A DNA stretch of 64,000 bases, from the IMG/VR virus record IMGVR_UViG_3300031772_000007, positions 29,826 through 93,825 of that record. One strand, given 5' to 3'. The notes beneath the pieces are model-generated. The model made no database searches. It was given only the letters and a program-made list of their open reading frames with translations, and had not been told where the DNA came from. Positions 9,487 through 18,323 of the stretch are shown in pieces. Position 1 is the first letter of the stretch, and each line of letters opens with the position of its first letter. Source of the stretch: a virus. Made by a program: the position numbers and the translations under genes.

Positions 9487-9846
9487 TCAGAAGCTCCCTG
9501 TGAGCCGTCGGGCCGCTTCCCGGGCTCGCATCACCTGCTCGACGTGCGCCAGCACGTCCCGGAAGCGCTTGAAGCACACGCCCACCCCGAGCGTGAGGGT
9601 GTTCCCCGGTGGCGAGCGGTCGTAGAAGACGTATTCCGTCCGCGTTCGGAACCGATGCCCCACCCACTCGTGCCGGGAGATGCGGTAGAAGAAGATCGCC
9701 TCCCCCGATGTCTCCCACGGGTTCTTCACCAGAAGAAAGGCGTTTCCCTTCTCGCGGGTGAGCGCCATCCCGTTCGACAGCCGGACGTGGCAGCCCACTC
9801 GGAGCTTGGAGGGAGCGCAACGAATCTCTTGGGTGAGGTTGCCCAT
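9487..9846 (-). CDS. Small orphan, RLxG-tag family (EAARRLTG)
   Basis: C-terminal motif in register with paralogs. Confidence 0.7.
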   Translation of the reverse strand: MGNLTQEIRCAPSKLRVGCHVRLSNGMALTREKGNAFLLVKNPWETSGEAIFFYRISRHEWVGHRFRTRTEYVFYDRSPPGNTLTLGVGVCFKRFRDVLAHVEQVMRAREAARRLTGSF

Positions 9847-10286
9847 CAGTAATACCCCACGGACTCAGGCTTCCCGCCCAGCCGCGTTACCGCATCCCAC
9901 CGGGTGAACAGCGCGTTAGCTTGGTCCAGACACGCCTCCGTGCTCCCCCGATAGAGCACCTTCCTCACTCGGCGCTTCCGAACCCTGTACCAGTGCGACG
10001 AGAGCCACCCGTCATGCAGCTCCGCTTCGTGGTAGTGGTAGTGCCACCTCGGGCGAACCCAGAGATCAAGCCTGTATCCCTCTGCCAAGACGACCCAAGT
10101 GTTCCTGATGTGGTTCGGCTCCACGGTGAGCCCGAGCTGCGTCCCCACAAAGCGCGTCGCCCCGCCCAACGCGCAGATTTCGAGAAAGCGCCTGCGCGCC
10201 GTGCTCGCTCCCTGCTCCTTGAGCAAGTCCTGCCGCGCCCGCTCGCGCATCACCTGCCACTTCCTGTGCCCCTGCCAGTCGCTCAC
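9846..10286 (-). CDS. Small orphan, RLxG-tag family (DAVTRLGG)
   Basis: GTG start coupled to upstream stop; motif. Confidence 0.65.
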   Translation of the reverse strand: MSDWQGHRKWQVMRERARQDLLKEQGASTARRRFLEICALGGATRFVGTQLGLTVEPNHIRNTWVVLAEGYRLDLWVRPRWHYHYHEAELHDGWLSSHWYRVRKRRVRKVLYRGSTEACLDQANALFTRWDAVTRLGGKPESVGYY

Positions 10287-10636
10287 ACCACGAACCTTGC
10301 CCCGAGGCGCTTCCGCTGTCCCGTCAGCCGTGCAACCGTCTCCGCAGCCTGAAGGCACTGCCTTCCCACCGCGAACGCTTCCTTCACCGTCAGGCAGGAC
10401 TGCTCCCACCTGACGTGGACGCTTGTGGCTGTCTTCTCGAACACCCGGACAAACCACAGGTGCGAAAGCAATGGCTCCAGCATCTTCTGCACAACCACGT
10501 GATGACGGTCGGTGGTGAGCCCCCGCCACCAAAGCACGTAGAACTCCTTGCAGTACGAAACCGTAACCTCCCCCCAGTAGCACTGGCGGTCGGGAATGCC
10601 CCGCCCGTGGACCGGATCCAGCGGAACTCGCTGCAT
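10283..10636 (-). CDS. Small orphan, RLxG-tag family (ETVARLTG)
   Basis: TGATG coupling; motif. Confidence 0.65.
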   Translation of the reverse strand: MQRVPLDPVHGRGIPDRQCYWGEVTVSYCKEFYVLWWRGLTTDRHHVVVQKMLEPLLSHLWFVRVFEKTATSVHVRWEQSCLTVKEAFAVGRQCLQAAETVARLTGQRKRLGARFVV

Positions 10637-10731
10637 CACGCCCCCAACCGAAGTGCCGCGTCCTCGATTGCCAGCCACACGAGCGCCACCGCCGCCCAGG
10701 CTGCCCAGAACGCTGCTTCGAGGTGGCTCAC
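10636..10731 (-). CDS. 31-aa membrane micro-protein MSHLEAAFWAAWAAVALVWLAIEDAALRLGA
   Basis: Read directly; translationally coupled at both ends; TM helix plus motif. Confidence 0.6.
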   Translation of the reverse strand: MSHLEAAFWAAWAAVALVWLAIEDAALRLGA

Positions 10732-10844
10732 GTTCCCCCCGGGGCTCCCACCTTCACGTCGTAGTCCTTCCTGTAGAAGTCAACCCACTTGACCCCGTTG
10801 GGGACGTACACTCCTCGTGCTCGCATGATGTCGTGCAGGCGCAT
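10728..10844 (-). CDS. 38-aa hypothetical peptide (MRLHDIMRARGV...)
   Basis: GGGGAGGAG RBS; fills the gap after terL. Confidence 0.5.
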   Translation of the reverse strand: MRLHDIMRARGVYVPNGVKWVDFYRKDYDVKVGAPGGT

Positions 10845-10892
10845 GTCTCTCTCCTCCCCAGAACCTTGCCCGCCGCGCCGCCGGTTGTCCCG

Positions 10893-12368
10893 CTACCGGC
10901 GCACCACGTCCAAGTGGGTCTGCACCGCCTTGAGCGCGCCGAGGCGCACGCCCTCCCGCGCGAACCAGCTCGCCATGAGGCGGTCCCCGGTGTGCGCCCG
11001 CGGGTCATAGAACAGCATCTCGTTCACCCACTCGTAGAGCTGCGGGTGGAGGCTGCCGTCCGTGTTGGGGATGATCCACTTCCGCCCCGCCATCTCCGCC
11101 GCGATGGACTCAATGCCGAATTCAGGGTGCGCCTTGTTCCTGCCCGTCGTGAACGCCCTGATCGGCACCGCGAAGTCCCGCCGTGCGAACTGGATGATGA
11201 AGTCCTGCGCCGCGTTGTTCTCCACGATGCAGATGGAGAAGTAGCGCCGATGGTGGTCGATGATCTTCAGGATGATTTCCGGCCCAGCCCAACGTCCCGC
11301 CTCGACGTTCAACACCTCGCGGTCGCCGTTCGGGTGCGCCGCGATGGTGAACAGGCAGGTGAGGTCCGCGCCGTCCTTCTGTTGCACCGCCAGGTCCACC
11401 CCGGTGTACGTCTTGATGCCGTTCGGTAGCGCCTGGAGCCCGTGGCAGAGCCGCTTCCCATTCCCGCGCTCCAAGCACCAGCCCACCCACTCCTTGCGGA
11501 AGCGCGCTTCCTCATCGCTTCGGGCGACGCAGAGCATCGTGCGCGCGAACTCCAACGGCCCCCGCTCCTCCTTCACCCGCTGGATGCGCTCCATCGGCCA
11601 CCGCTCGGGCCAACGCGGCTGCCCGTCGTCCCCCAGCACCGGGTAGCGCATCGCCACCCACCCTGGGAGCTTCGCCAGCCGGTGGAGGGCGTCATCTGGG
11701 TGGAAGGCGGTCCCAATCACCAGCACCCGCGCCTTCGCCGTGAGACGGGAGAAGAGGGACGCCTGAATCCACTGGAAGCAGTCCTCCCGCATCTTGGCGG
11801 AGCGGGTGTTCTCCGTGTCGAGGAGGTCGTCCACGATGAGGATGTCGATGCGGCTTCCCAGCACGTTGCCGTGGACGCCGAGGGTCTGCACGCTCGGGTC
11901 CTTGCTCTGGTAGGGGCGCGCAATCGTGATGGCACGGCTGGTCCACTGCTCCTTGCCAGGACGAAGCTCGGGGAAGACGGCGTGCAGCTCCGGGCTCGCC
12001 TCGATGTACCGCTTGATGGTGCGGAGGATCTTGTCCGCCTGCCCCGCAGTGTTACTGACAACGGCCACGCGGAGCGTCGGGTCCTGCCCAAGAAGCCAGA
12101 GCGTCCGGGCAATCGCCACCTGCCACGTCTTGCCCGACTCGACCGAACTCCAGATGATAAGCCGGTCGTGCAGCTCCGCCAGCTCGTGCCAGGCGACGTG
12201 GCAGGAGGCTTGGTCCAGCGGGAGCCCCGTCTTCTCGTCCCGCATGACCGCGGTGGAGAAGGCGTCGATGTCAATGCGCGCCGCTTCGACCAGCTCCCGG
12301 TTCAGGAAGGCGTCCGCCTCGGGGTCGAACTCCAGCTCGTCGGGGATGGCGGTCACGGTCGGAGGCAT
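10893..12368 (-). CDS. terL: Terminase large subunit
   Basis: Walker A VESGKT, Walker B ILIVDD, coupling IGT, nuclease GVDLA...D...HTGDRLMA; start uncertain. Confidence 0.92.
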   Translation of the reverse strand: MPPTVTAIPDELEFDPEADAFLNRELVEAARIDIDAFSTAVMRDEKTGLPLDQASCHVAWHELAELHDRLIIWSSVESGKTWQVAIARTLWLLGQDPTLRVAVVSNTAGQADKILRTIKRYIEASPELHAVFPELRPGKEQWTSRAITIARPYQSKDPSVQTLGVHGNVLGSRIDILIVDDLLDTENTRSAKMREDCFQWIQASLFSRLTAKARVLVIGTAFHPDDALHRLAKLPGWVAMRYPVLGDDGQPRWPERWPMERIQRVKEERGPLEFARTMLCVARSDEEARFRKEWVGWCLERGNGKRLCHGLQALPNGIKTYTGVDLAVQQKDGADLTCLFTIAAHPNGDREVLNVEAGRWAGPEIILKIIDHHRRYFSICIVENNAAQDFIIQFARRDFAVPIRAFTTGRNKAHPEFGIESIAAEMAGRKWIIPNTDGSLHPQLYEWVNEMLFYDPRAHTGDRLMASWFAREGVRLGALKAVQTHLDVVRR

Positions 12369-12390
12369 TCCAGCAGGCCAGCCCTGCGCG

Positions 12391-13362
12391 TCAGCTCTTC
12401 CCAGCCCCCGTTTGAGGATGTTGTTCAGCCCCAGATGTTGGACCAGCACCCGCCCCTCCTTGCACCAGAATCAATCCCTTGGCCTTCGCCCGCTCCAGCG
12501 CCCGCGCAACCGCTTTCAGCTTGATTTCCCGCTCCTCGATGCTGGAGTCCATGCTCTGCACCCCGATGACCTCGGTGGGCTGCCCCACCCGGAGCCGTTC
12601 CCCTTGGAGAGCCAGGATGATCGTCCGCTCCCCCATCTCCGCCAGGTGCATCATGTCCCTCGCCGTCTTGATGGCTTCCCGCGGAGACAGCTTGGACAGG
12701 TCCCCGAGCGCGGTGTGGAGCTGAGCAGCGATGGTCTGCGCGTCCTTCAGGAGCAGCGCCACGATGGCAGCGGCGGACAGCGCCGCCTTCCGCCCGAACT
12801 TCGCCGCGTTCGCCTCATCCGCCAGCGTCTCCGCGGCGTCCACCTTCGCCTTCACCAGCAGGTCCGCCAGCCGCCGCTTGGCCTCAATCTCCGCCCCCTG
12901 GAGGGTCGCCTGCGCCGCCTTCTGCGCGTCATCCACCTTGGACCGTGCCAGCTCCTCCACCTTGGCGAGCTGCGCCTGCGCGGCATCCAGGGTCGCCATC
13001 GCCTTGGCTTCCGCCACCCGGGCGTTCTCCGCCGCCTTCACCAGCATGTCGGTGGCGTCGATGGCCTCCGTTCGCGCCTGCGCCAACGAGGTGGATAGAA
13101 CGGACTCCACCACTTCCTTCTGCTCCTCAGTGGTGATACCCGCTCGCGCCGCCCGGGCGAGGAGACTGTCCATCTGGAGCTGATCGCGGACGGGAAGTGC
13201 GCCTTGAACGGTCGGCCAGCCCCGCTCGTACAACCGTTTCGCCGTGAGTCGGTCCATCTTGACCCTATCGGCGACCAGTTGGTGATGCACCCCCAGCTCG
13301 CGGTACGCTGCAAGCACCGCGTTGTAGCGTTGGATGGTCCGCGCTCGGTTGCCCCTCGCCAT
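12391..13362 (-). CDS. Putative terminase small subunit (N-terminal HTH, long coiled coil)
   Basis: Immediately upstream of terL; HTH-like N-terminus. Confidence 0.6.
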   Translation of the reverse strand: MARGNRARTIQRYNAVLAAYRELGVHHQLVADRVKMDRLTAKRLYERGWPTVQGALPVRDQLQMDSLLARAARAGITTEEQKEVVESVLSTSLAQARTEAIDATDMLVKAAENARVAEAKAMATLDAAQAQLAKVEELARSKVDDAQKAAQATLQGAEIEAKRRLADLLVKAKVDAAETLADEANAAKFGRKAALSAAAIVALLLKDAQTIAAQLHTALGDLSKLSPREAIKTARDMMHLAEMGERTIILALQGERLRVGQPTEVIGVQSMDSSIEEREIKLKAVARALERAKAKGLILVQGGAGAGPTSGAEQHPQTGAGKS

Positions 13363-13366
13363 GCTC

Positions 13367-13471
13367 AATACCCCCTCGCAACCCCTTCCGAATAGCACGA
13401 GGAGGCTCGCGCGGTCCAGCCTCCCTCGGGCAATACCCGGCGTCCGGTGCTCCCCGTGACCTAATACCCGG
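13367..13471 (-). repeat. GGGTATT direct repeats (3 copies, two as CCGGGTATT) upstream of terS
   Basis: aataccc at about 13367, 13432 and 13463. Confidence 0.5.
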
Positions 13472-13485
13472 TGAACCCCCGCGGG

Positions 13486-13821
13486 TTAATCCTCCGTGTT
13501 CCCGCGAAGACGCCCCGCCGCTTCTACTGCGCGCAGGTACACTTCCACGCCTTCCGCTGCTTCTCGAAGGTTCCGGTAGGGCGGGAGGGGGGATTCACCC
13601 TGGTTGAAGACCTCCAACCCTGACTGAACGAGCCACCAGCGTCGGACCCTCCTCTCGTTCCTCCCGGGAGGGTAATACTCCGCGTCCACCTGCGCCTTCC
13701 GGTAACGGGTGCCACTGCCCCAAGAACCCGGTTCCCCCTGGACACACACTGTAACGACCCACATGCCCCTGCCGCGCACGGTTAGGCTCAGCCCGGGGCG
13801 GATTCGTTGCCAGCACCTCAT
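13486..13821 (-). CDS. Small orphan, RLxG-tag family (EAAGRLRG)
   Basis: Tandem paralog of 13821-14153. Confidence 0.7.
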   Translation of the reverse strand: MRCWQRIRPGLSLTVRGRGMWVVTVCVQGEPGSWGSGTRYRKAQVDAEYYPPGRNERRVRRWWLVQSGLEVFNQGESPLPPYRNLREAAEGVEVYLRAVEAAGRLRGNTED

Positions 13822-14153
13822 CAGTCTTCCGTGTCCCCCTGGAGCATCCGTGCTGCCGCTCGGGCTCTCAGGTGCTCCTCTCCCTTCGCTGCCGCTACCT
13901 CCACCGTGCTAAACACCCCGAAGGGGAGATCCTGCCGATGGGTTCCTCGAAAGGCTCCGTTCGAGACGTACTCCATCAACCGCCACCCGTGGACCTTCTT
14001 GGTCGCCGTCACCTCGGGGACGATGTAGACCGCCTCGTGCCGAACGAAGCCTGTCTCCTCCATGCTCCCTGCGGTGCAGACCGTGAGGAACCAGAAACCG
14101 TTGGCCTGCCGGGTGAGGTTCACCCCGGGACGGATGCCCTCCCACTTACGCAT
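13821..14153 (-). CDS. Small orphan, RLxG-tag family (AAARMLQG)
   Basis: Tandem paralog of 13486-13821. Confidence 0.7.
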   Translation of the reverse strand: MRKWEGIRPGVNLTRQANGFWFLTVCTAGSMEETGFVRHEAVYIVPEVTATKKVHGWRLMEYVSNGAFRGTHRQDLPFGVFSTVEVAAAKGEEHLRARAAARMLQGDTED

Positions 14154-14469
14154 CCCCGCCCCCGAGCCGCCGGACGGCTTCCCTCACCCTCAACAGCTTC
14201 TTCGCGCCAGCCACGGCTTGCCGAAGGTAATGGTAGCGCGGTCGCGGGTCCACGAGCACCCGCAACCTCCAATCCAAGATGTCACCCCGCTCCCGTAGCT
14301 CATACACCTCGTAAACACGCCAGAACCTTAGTTCTTTGCGGAGAGTGCAGCTCAACCCGCCGCACCGGACTATCCACTCCCGGGGCTCGTCCTCGTGCCC
14401 CGTCTTGGCCGGATGAGAAGCGACAAAGAAGCCCTCTCCTTGGTCCCTGGTGACACCGCGGGCCATCAC
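14146..14469 (-). CDS. Small orphan, RLxG-tag family (EAVRRLGG)
   Basis: C-terminal motif. Confidence 0.7.
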   Translation of the reverse strand: MMARGVTRDQGEGFFVASHPAKTGHEDEPREWIVRCGGLSCTLRKELRFWRVYEVYELRERGDILDWRLRVLVDPRPRYHYLRQAVAGAKKLLRVREAVRRLGGGDA

Positions 14470-14765
14470 CCTACCCCTTTCAGCCGGTCCACCGCATCCA
14501 TCGCTCTCAGGGCAGCCTCCGCCGCCTGGAAGGCTTCCCGGACCGTGCCCGTGGCGATCCGCCGGATACCTGGCGGGAAGACGGCAATCCAGGTCCCACC
14601 CAGCGTCCGGTACACCTCGGCGTCCCGCGTGACGTAGGGCTCGAAGTCCGTATGTCTTTGTAGACCCACCCCTGTACCCAAGGACAGCAGGTAGTCGGGT
14701 GCGCCAACCTCGCTGGAAGGCGCGTTGTCGATGACCAGCCCGGTCTTGGTGACGACGCGCCTCAT
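14466..14765 (-). CDS. Small orphan, RLxG-tag family (DAVDRLKG)
   Basis: ATGA coupling; motif. Confidence 0.7.
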   Translation of the reverse strand: MRRVVTKTGLVIDNAPSSEVGAPDYLLSLGTGVGLQRHTDFEPYVTRDAEVYRTLGGTWIAVFPPGIRRIATGTVREAFQAAEAALRAMDAVDRLKGVG

Positions 14766-15124
14766 CGCCGCCGCTCCCCCGCCGTCAGCCGGTAGATGGC
14801 GTCCGTTCGCTCCGCCCACCGCAGCACCCCCTCCGGGTGCAAGAACTTCATGCTCCGAACCCGAAAGGCTCCCCAGCGCAGGTTCCGGCGGTCCTCGATG
14901 ATGGCGATCCGCCCCATCGCCGCTATCACCACCCGGAAGACGTAGTCCGGTCGCGTTCCGACGGACTCCGGGGTGTCCCCTCCGAACCGGATACCCAACG
15001 CCTCCACCCGCCATCTCCCGCTTTGCTCTACGAGCTGGTCGAACAGGGAATGGTAGACCTCCTGCATCGCCGACACGGGCATCACCTTCTCCCACCGAAG
15101 CCCGCGTTGCGCTTCCAGCCTCAC
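14762..15124 (-). CDS. Small orphan, RLxG-tag family (DAIYRLTA)
   Basis: GTGA coupling; motif variant. Confidence 0.65.
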   Translation of the reverse strand: MRLEAQRGLRWEKVMPVSAMQEVYHSLFDQLVEQSGRWRVEALGIRFGGDTPESVGTRPDYVFRVVIAAMGRIAIIEDRRNLRWGAFRVRSMKFLHPEGVLRWAERTDAIYRLTAGERRR

Positions 15125-15393
15125 ACTTTCCAACCCGCCTTCCTGATGTCGTCCCAACTGTAAACCGCGACCGATTCGTGCCCGTCCGGCTCGTGTCCAC
15201 CCACGCTGAGGAACCAGTTGCCGGTGAGCCGATGCACTGCGTCAACCAGCGAGGCGTACTCGGCGTCGTGATCTGCCGCCGTATGCGGGCTGTCGAACCG
15301 CCGCACCCGCCCGTGGTGTACCTGCTCGTCGAGCCATCCCCGGGGGAGCTTGTGCTTCCGCCAGAGCTGCCCGTAGGTCAGCCATTCGCCCAA
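15121..15393 (-). CDS. Xis/wHTH-like protein with tag (DAVHRLTG)
   Basis: WLTYGQLWRKHKLPRGWLDEQVHHGRVR; paralog of 18621-19154; TTG start inferred. Confidence 0.55.
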   Translation of the reverse strand: MGEWLTYGQLWRKHKLPRGWLDEQVHHGRVRRFDSPHTAADHDAEYASLVDAVHRLTGNWFLSVGGHEPDGHESVAVYSWDDIRKAGWKV

Positions 15394-15743
15394 GGGTCTG
15401 CCCTCCCTCCCAACCGCCGCTGCGCGTCCCAAATCCTGAAGGCTCGCACCGACCGCCGCTGTGCTTCCTCGAAGGTCGGGAACCAGTGCTGCACGCCCGA
15501 CGGTCCATCCACCCGCCACCGCACCTCCGCGAAGGTCGGCGGGAAGATGCTCATCTCGACCGGGTGGTAGAAGGCAATCTTCTCCGGGTTGCCGGGGTCC
15601 AGGTAGTCCCCTCCGACCGGAATGCTCAACCGGACGATGAAGTACGCCTGCCCCGACTTCCCCTTGTCGTCGAGTGGCATCACCCTCTGAAGGTCGATGC
15701 CTCCCCCCAGCTTCCGCTCCCACACGACGACCGGGACAGTCAT
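15378..15743 (-). CDS. Small orphan, RLxG-tag family (DAQRRLGG)
   Basis: C-terminal motif in register. Confidence 0.7.
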   Translation of the reverse strand: MTVPVVVWERKLGGGIDLQRVMPLDDKGKSGQAYFIVRLSIPVGGDYLDPGNPEKIAFYHPVEMSIFPPTFAEVRWRVDGPSGVQHWFPTFEEAQRRSVRAFRIWDAQRRLGGRADPWANG

Positions 15744-15967
15744 CAATGCCCCCCGGAGCGCCGAAGGTCCGCCCAAGCGGGCCAGACGTGGACCGTGCGC
15801 CCCTTTCCGGGGATGCCCGCCTCCCCCAGCTCCGCTCGACAGACGGCGCACTGCACCGCCGGTCCACACCGGCAGGTCTTGCTCTCCTCGTGCGCCGTGT
15901 CGAGCCCTTCCCGGTGGAGCACCACCAACCCATTCCGATGCCCACAGGTGTTCTTCGGCTGCGCCAT
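15743..15967 (-). CDS. Small Cys-rich hypothetical protein
   Basis: CGH, CRC and CAVC motifs. Confidence 0.5.
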   Translation of the reverse strand: MAQPKNTCGHRNGLVVLHREGLDTAHEESKTCRCGPAVQCAVCRAELGEAGIPGKGRTVHVWPAWADLRRSGGH

Positions 15968-15968
15968 C

Positions 15969-16259
15969 CTAAGCCCCCAACCTTTCCGCCGCTTCCTCTG
16001 CGCGGACGTGCTGCCGGACCAACCGAAAAACCGCGAGCGGGCTCGGGCAGTAGACGTGCGGGCGCACATCGACGTGCCGCCCGTCCCGGAACCCCGTCAG
16101 CAGCACGTCGTAGCCCGCCAAGTGCCGGGTGACGATGGCGCGAATCTTCCAGCTCCCGCGGAGCGCGAGCCAGCACACCCCGTACTTCTGCGGCATCACC
16201 ACGAGCCCGGCGACCTCGCGGACCTTCCGATTCCGCAGCCTGTCCCAAATCAACCGCAC
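15969..16259 (-). CDS. Small orphan, RLxG-tag family (EAAERLGA)
   Basis: C-terminal motif in register. Confidence 0.65.
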   Translation of the reverse strand: MRLIWDRLRNRKVREVAGLVVMPQKYGVCWLALRGSWKIRAIVTRHLAGYDVLLTGFRDGRHVDVRPHVYCPSPLAVFRLVRQHVRAEEAAERLGA

Positions 16260-16507
16260 GCCCCGAGCCTCCTCACCGCGTCCCACAGGGTAAGAGCCCT
16301 CTCCGCCGCTGCCTGCGCTTCCTCCTCCTGCTCGTGCAAGGTCGTCGCCCGAAAGGGATGAAACCCGCTGTAGTGGCACACCCAATCTCCACCCGGCTCT
16401 CCCTTTGTCGCCCGCTCCTCGACCCAGGCATGAGGACGCTGTTCTATCGGAACGCCGTCGTAGGTCCGCAGTTCCACCAGAACCATCCGGCGTTGATTGG
16501 GCTCCAT
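16250..16507 (-). CDS. Small orphan, RLxG-tag family (DAVRRLGA)
   Basis: C-terminal motif; start may be the GTG at 16585. Confidence 0.65.
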   Translation of the reverse strand: MEPNQRRMVLVELRTYDGVPIEQRPHAWVEERATKGEPGGDWVCHYSGFHPFRATTLHEQEEEAQAAAERALTLWDAVRRLGACG

Positions 16508-16581
16508 GCCCACCCGGCTCTCACCTCGGCGAAAGAGCCCTTCCTCCCCCCGAGGAGCCGTCGTTCTTGTCCTGCGCGGCT

Positions 16582-16827
16582 TCACGCCTTCTGCCACCGT
16601 GCCTTCTTCAGCACGCCCTTCTTCCGCCGCGGAATCATGTTCATGTAGAGCATGTCCTTCTCGTCGAAGCAGCCGGAGTGGGCCACCATCGCCCCAAGGG
16701 CGACGGACAGCGCCTCCTCGTGTTGCTCCTGCTCGAACGTCTGCGCCTTCCGCGACACGCACTGCATCAGCTCCAGCTTGCGCCGGAGGTTGTCGAATGC
16801 CCCTCGATACGTCAGCTTGCTTCTCAT
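16582..16827 (-). CDS. Hypothetical protein
   Basis: ATGA coupling; GGAGG RBS. Confidence 0.55.
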   Translation of the reverse strand: MRSKLTYRGAFDNLRRKLELMQCVSRKAQTFEQEQHEEALSVALGAMVAHSGCFDEKDMLYMNMIPRRKKGVLKKARWQKA

Positions 16828-18323
16828 GGCCCCTCCAAGTCGAACGCCTCGAACGTCTCCTTCAGCTTGCCCTTCTTCAGCGGACGGTACTGCTCCACGC
16901 GGCAGAACGAGGACGGCCCTACCTTCCCCGCCACCGCGTCCACGTACATCGAGAAGGCTCCGTCCTCGACAGTGTAGAACCACTTCGGAACGTGCGCTGC
17001 CTTCAGCGCCGACTCGCTCTCCCGAGCCAGCGCGGTGTCGATGCCGATGCTACGCGCCCGCGGATAGCCGCCGTCCAGCCGGTCCCCGGCGTCGAGCGCC
17101 AACACCTGCTTCACCCACTCGTCGTAGGAGTACGGCTGGAACGTCTCCGCCCGCCCCTGCCGCTTGAAGCCCAACAGCTTCACCTGCACCTTGCACCGCT
17201 CCGCTTCGGTGAGGATGTCCCCCAGCACCTCCAACGGCGTCGAGCCCATGACGTACTGCGCCGTAAGCCGCCCCTCTAAAAGCCAATCCTGCCCCTTCTC
17301 GTGATAGCCCGCCGCATGGGAGAGAGCTGTGACCTCGTCCGGGCTCGCAACCGTGTACGCGCAGGAGGAGTAGTACGCCATCGCCACTTTCATGTCCCCC
17401 GAGCCGAGATAGTGGATGTCCCGAGTGGTGAAGTTGGCGACCATGCCGTGCTCCCGGCACTCCCTCCCGATGTCGATGAACTTCGGATGCGAGGTGGGCT
17501 CCCCGCCACCCACCGCGATCTCCAGCACGCCCACCCCCGCCAGCTCCTTGATGATGCCCTTGAGCTTCGGGAACGATGCCGTCTCGCCGGTCGGGGTGCT
17601 CCCCTGGTAGCAGTAGGCGCACCCGTTCATGCAGCGGTCGGTGACCTTCAGGTCCACCAGCTCCGGCACCGATGCTCGCCACACCTTCGGGTGGCAGCCC
17701 TCGTCGGCGAACGAGAGGCGCGTCCGTGCGCCCGTCTCCCGGTTGAACAGGACCCAGTAGCCGTACTTAGGGTCCTTCCGCGCCACGATGTTCACCCCCC
17801 GTTGGAAGTCGCTGCCGAAGTCCACCGGAACCCTCTCAACACCCCCCGCCTCAAGGGTTGGGTGCGTGTCCCCGTTGTCGTTCCCCCCGAGAACGGCCAC
17901 CCTGTCGCTCAACACGAAGTCTCGCAGGTCCCGCGCGAACTCCAGATTGGGCTCCTTCTGCGTGCCCACCTGCGCCGGTAGCTTGTCCATCAGGCTTTGG
18001 TGGTCCACGTAGCCCTCGGGCTCCGGCCCGTCCGCCTTCTGCTTCCACTCCAGCACGCCCGGCAGCAAGTCCTCGACGAACCGCCGCGCCATTTCCCTGT
18101 CCGGGTGGAACTGCACCCTGAACACCTCCCAGAACTGGAGCGCCACGTACTTCGCCTTCTCCTCGCGCGACGTGAGCGTGAACATCTCCCACCCAAACTC
18201 GGGGCTGCACCACGCCTCCTCGCGCGCTTCGCCGGGGCGCAGGAAGATGAGGGTGTGATCCGAGCTGCTGTTGTTCGCAAAGCCCAGCCTGACGTTATGA
18301 ATCCTCGCGGTCCTCAAGCCCAC
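16824..18323 (-). CDS. Radical SAM protein fused to an N-terminal GFxNNSSSxH domain
   Basis: CMNGCAYC and GGGEPT; N-terminal RLGFANNSSSDH. Confidence 0.85.
   Translation of the reverse strand: MGLRTARIHNVRLGFANNSSSDHTLIFLRPGEAREEAWCSPEFGWEMFTLTSREEKAKYVALQFWEVFRVQFHPDREMARRFVEDLLPGVLEWKQKADGPEPEGYVDHQSLMDKLPAQVGTQKEPNLEFARDLRDFVLSDRVAVLGGNDNGDTHPTLEAGGVERVPVDFGSDFQRGVNIVARKDPKYGYWVLFNRETGARTRLSFADEGCHPKVWRASVPELVDLKVTDRCMNGCAYCYQGSTPTGETASFPKLKGIIKELAGVGVLEIAVGGGEPTSHPKFIDIGRECREHGMVANFTTRDIHYLGSGDMKVAMAYYSSCAYTVASPDEVTALSHAAGYHEKGQDWLLEGRLTAQYVMGSTPLEVLGDILTEAERCKVQVKLLGFKRQGRAETFQPYSYDEWVKQVLALDAGDRLDGGYPRARSIGIDTALARESESALKAAHVPKWFYTVEDGAFSMYVDAVAGKVGPSSFCRVEQYRPLKKGKLKETFEAFDLEGP

Noticed and set aside
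2533-12368. Weak RLG matches in portal (KVKRLG), def (SDRLG) and terL (GVRLG)
   Set aside because: They lack the [DE]A prefix and are expected by chance in R/L/G-rich proteins.
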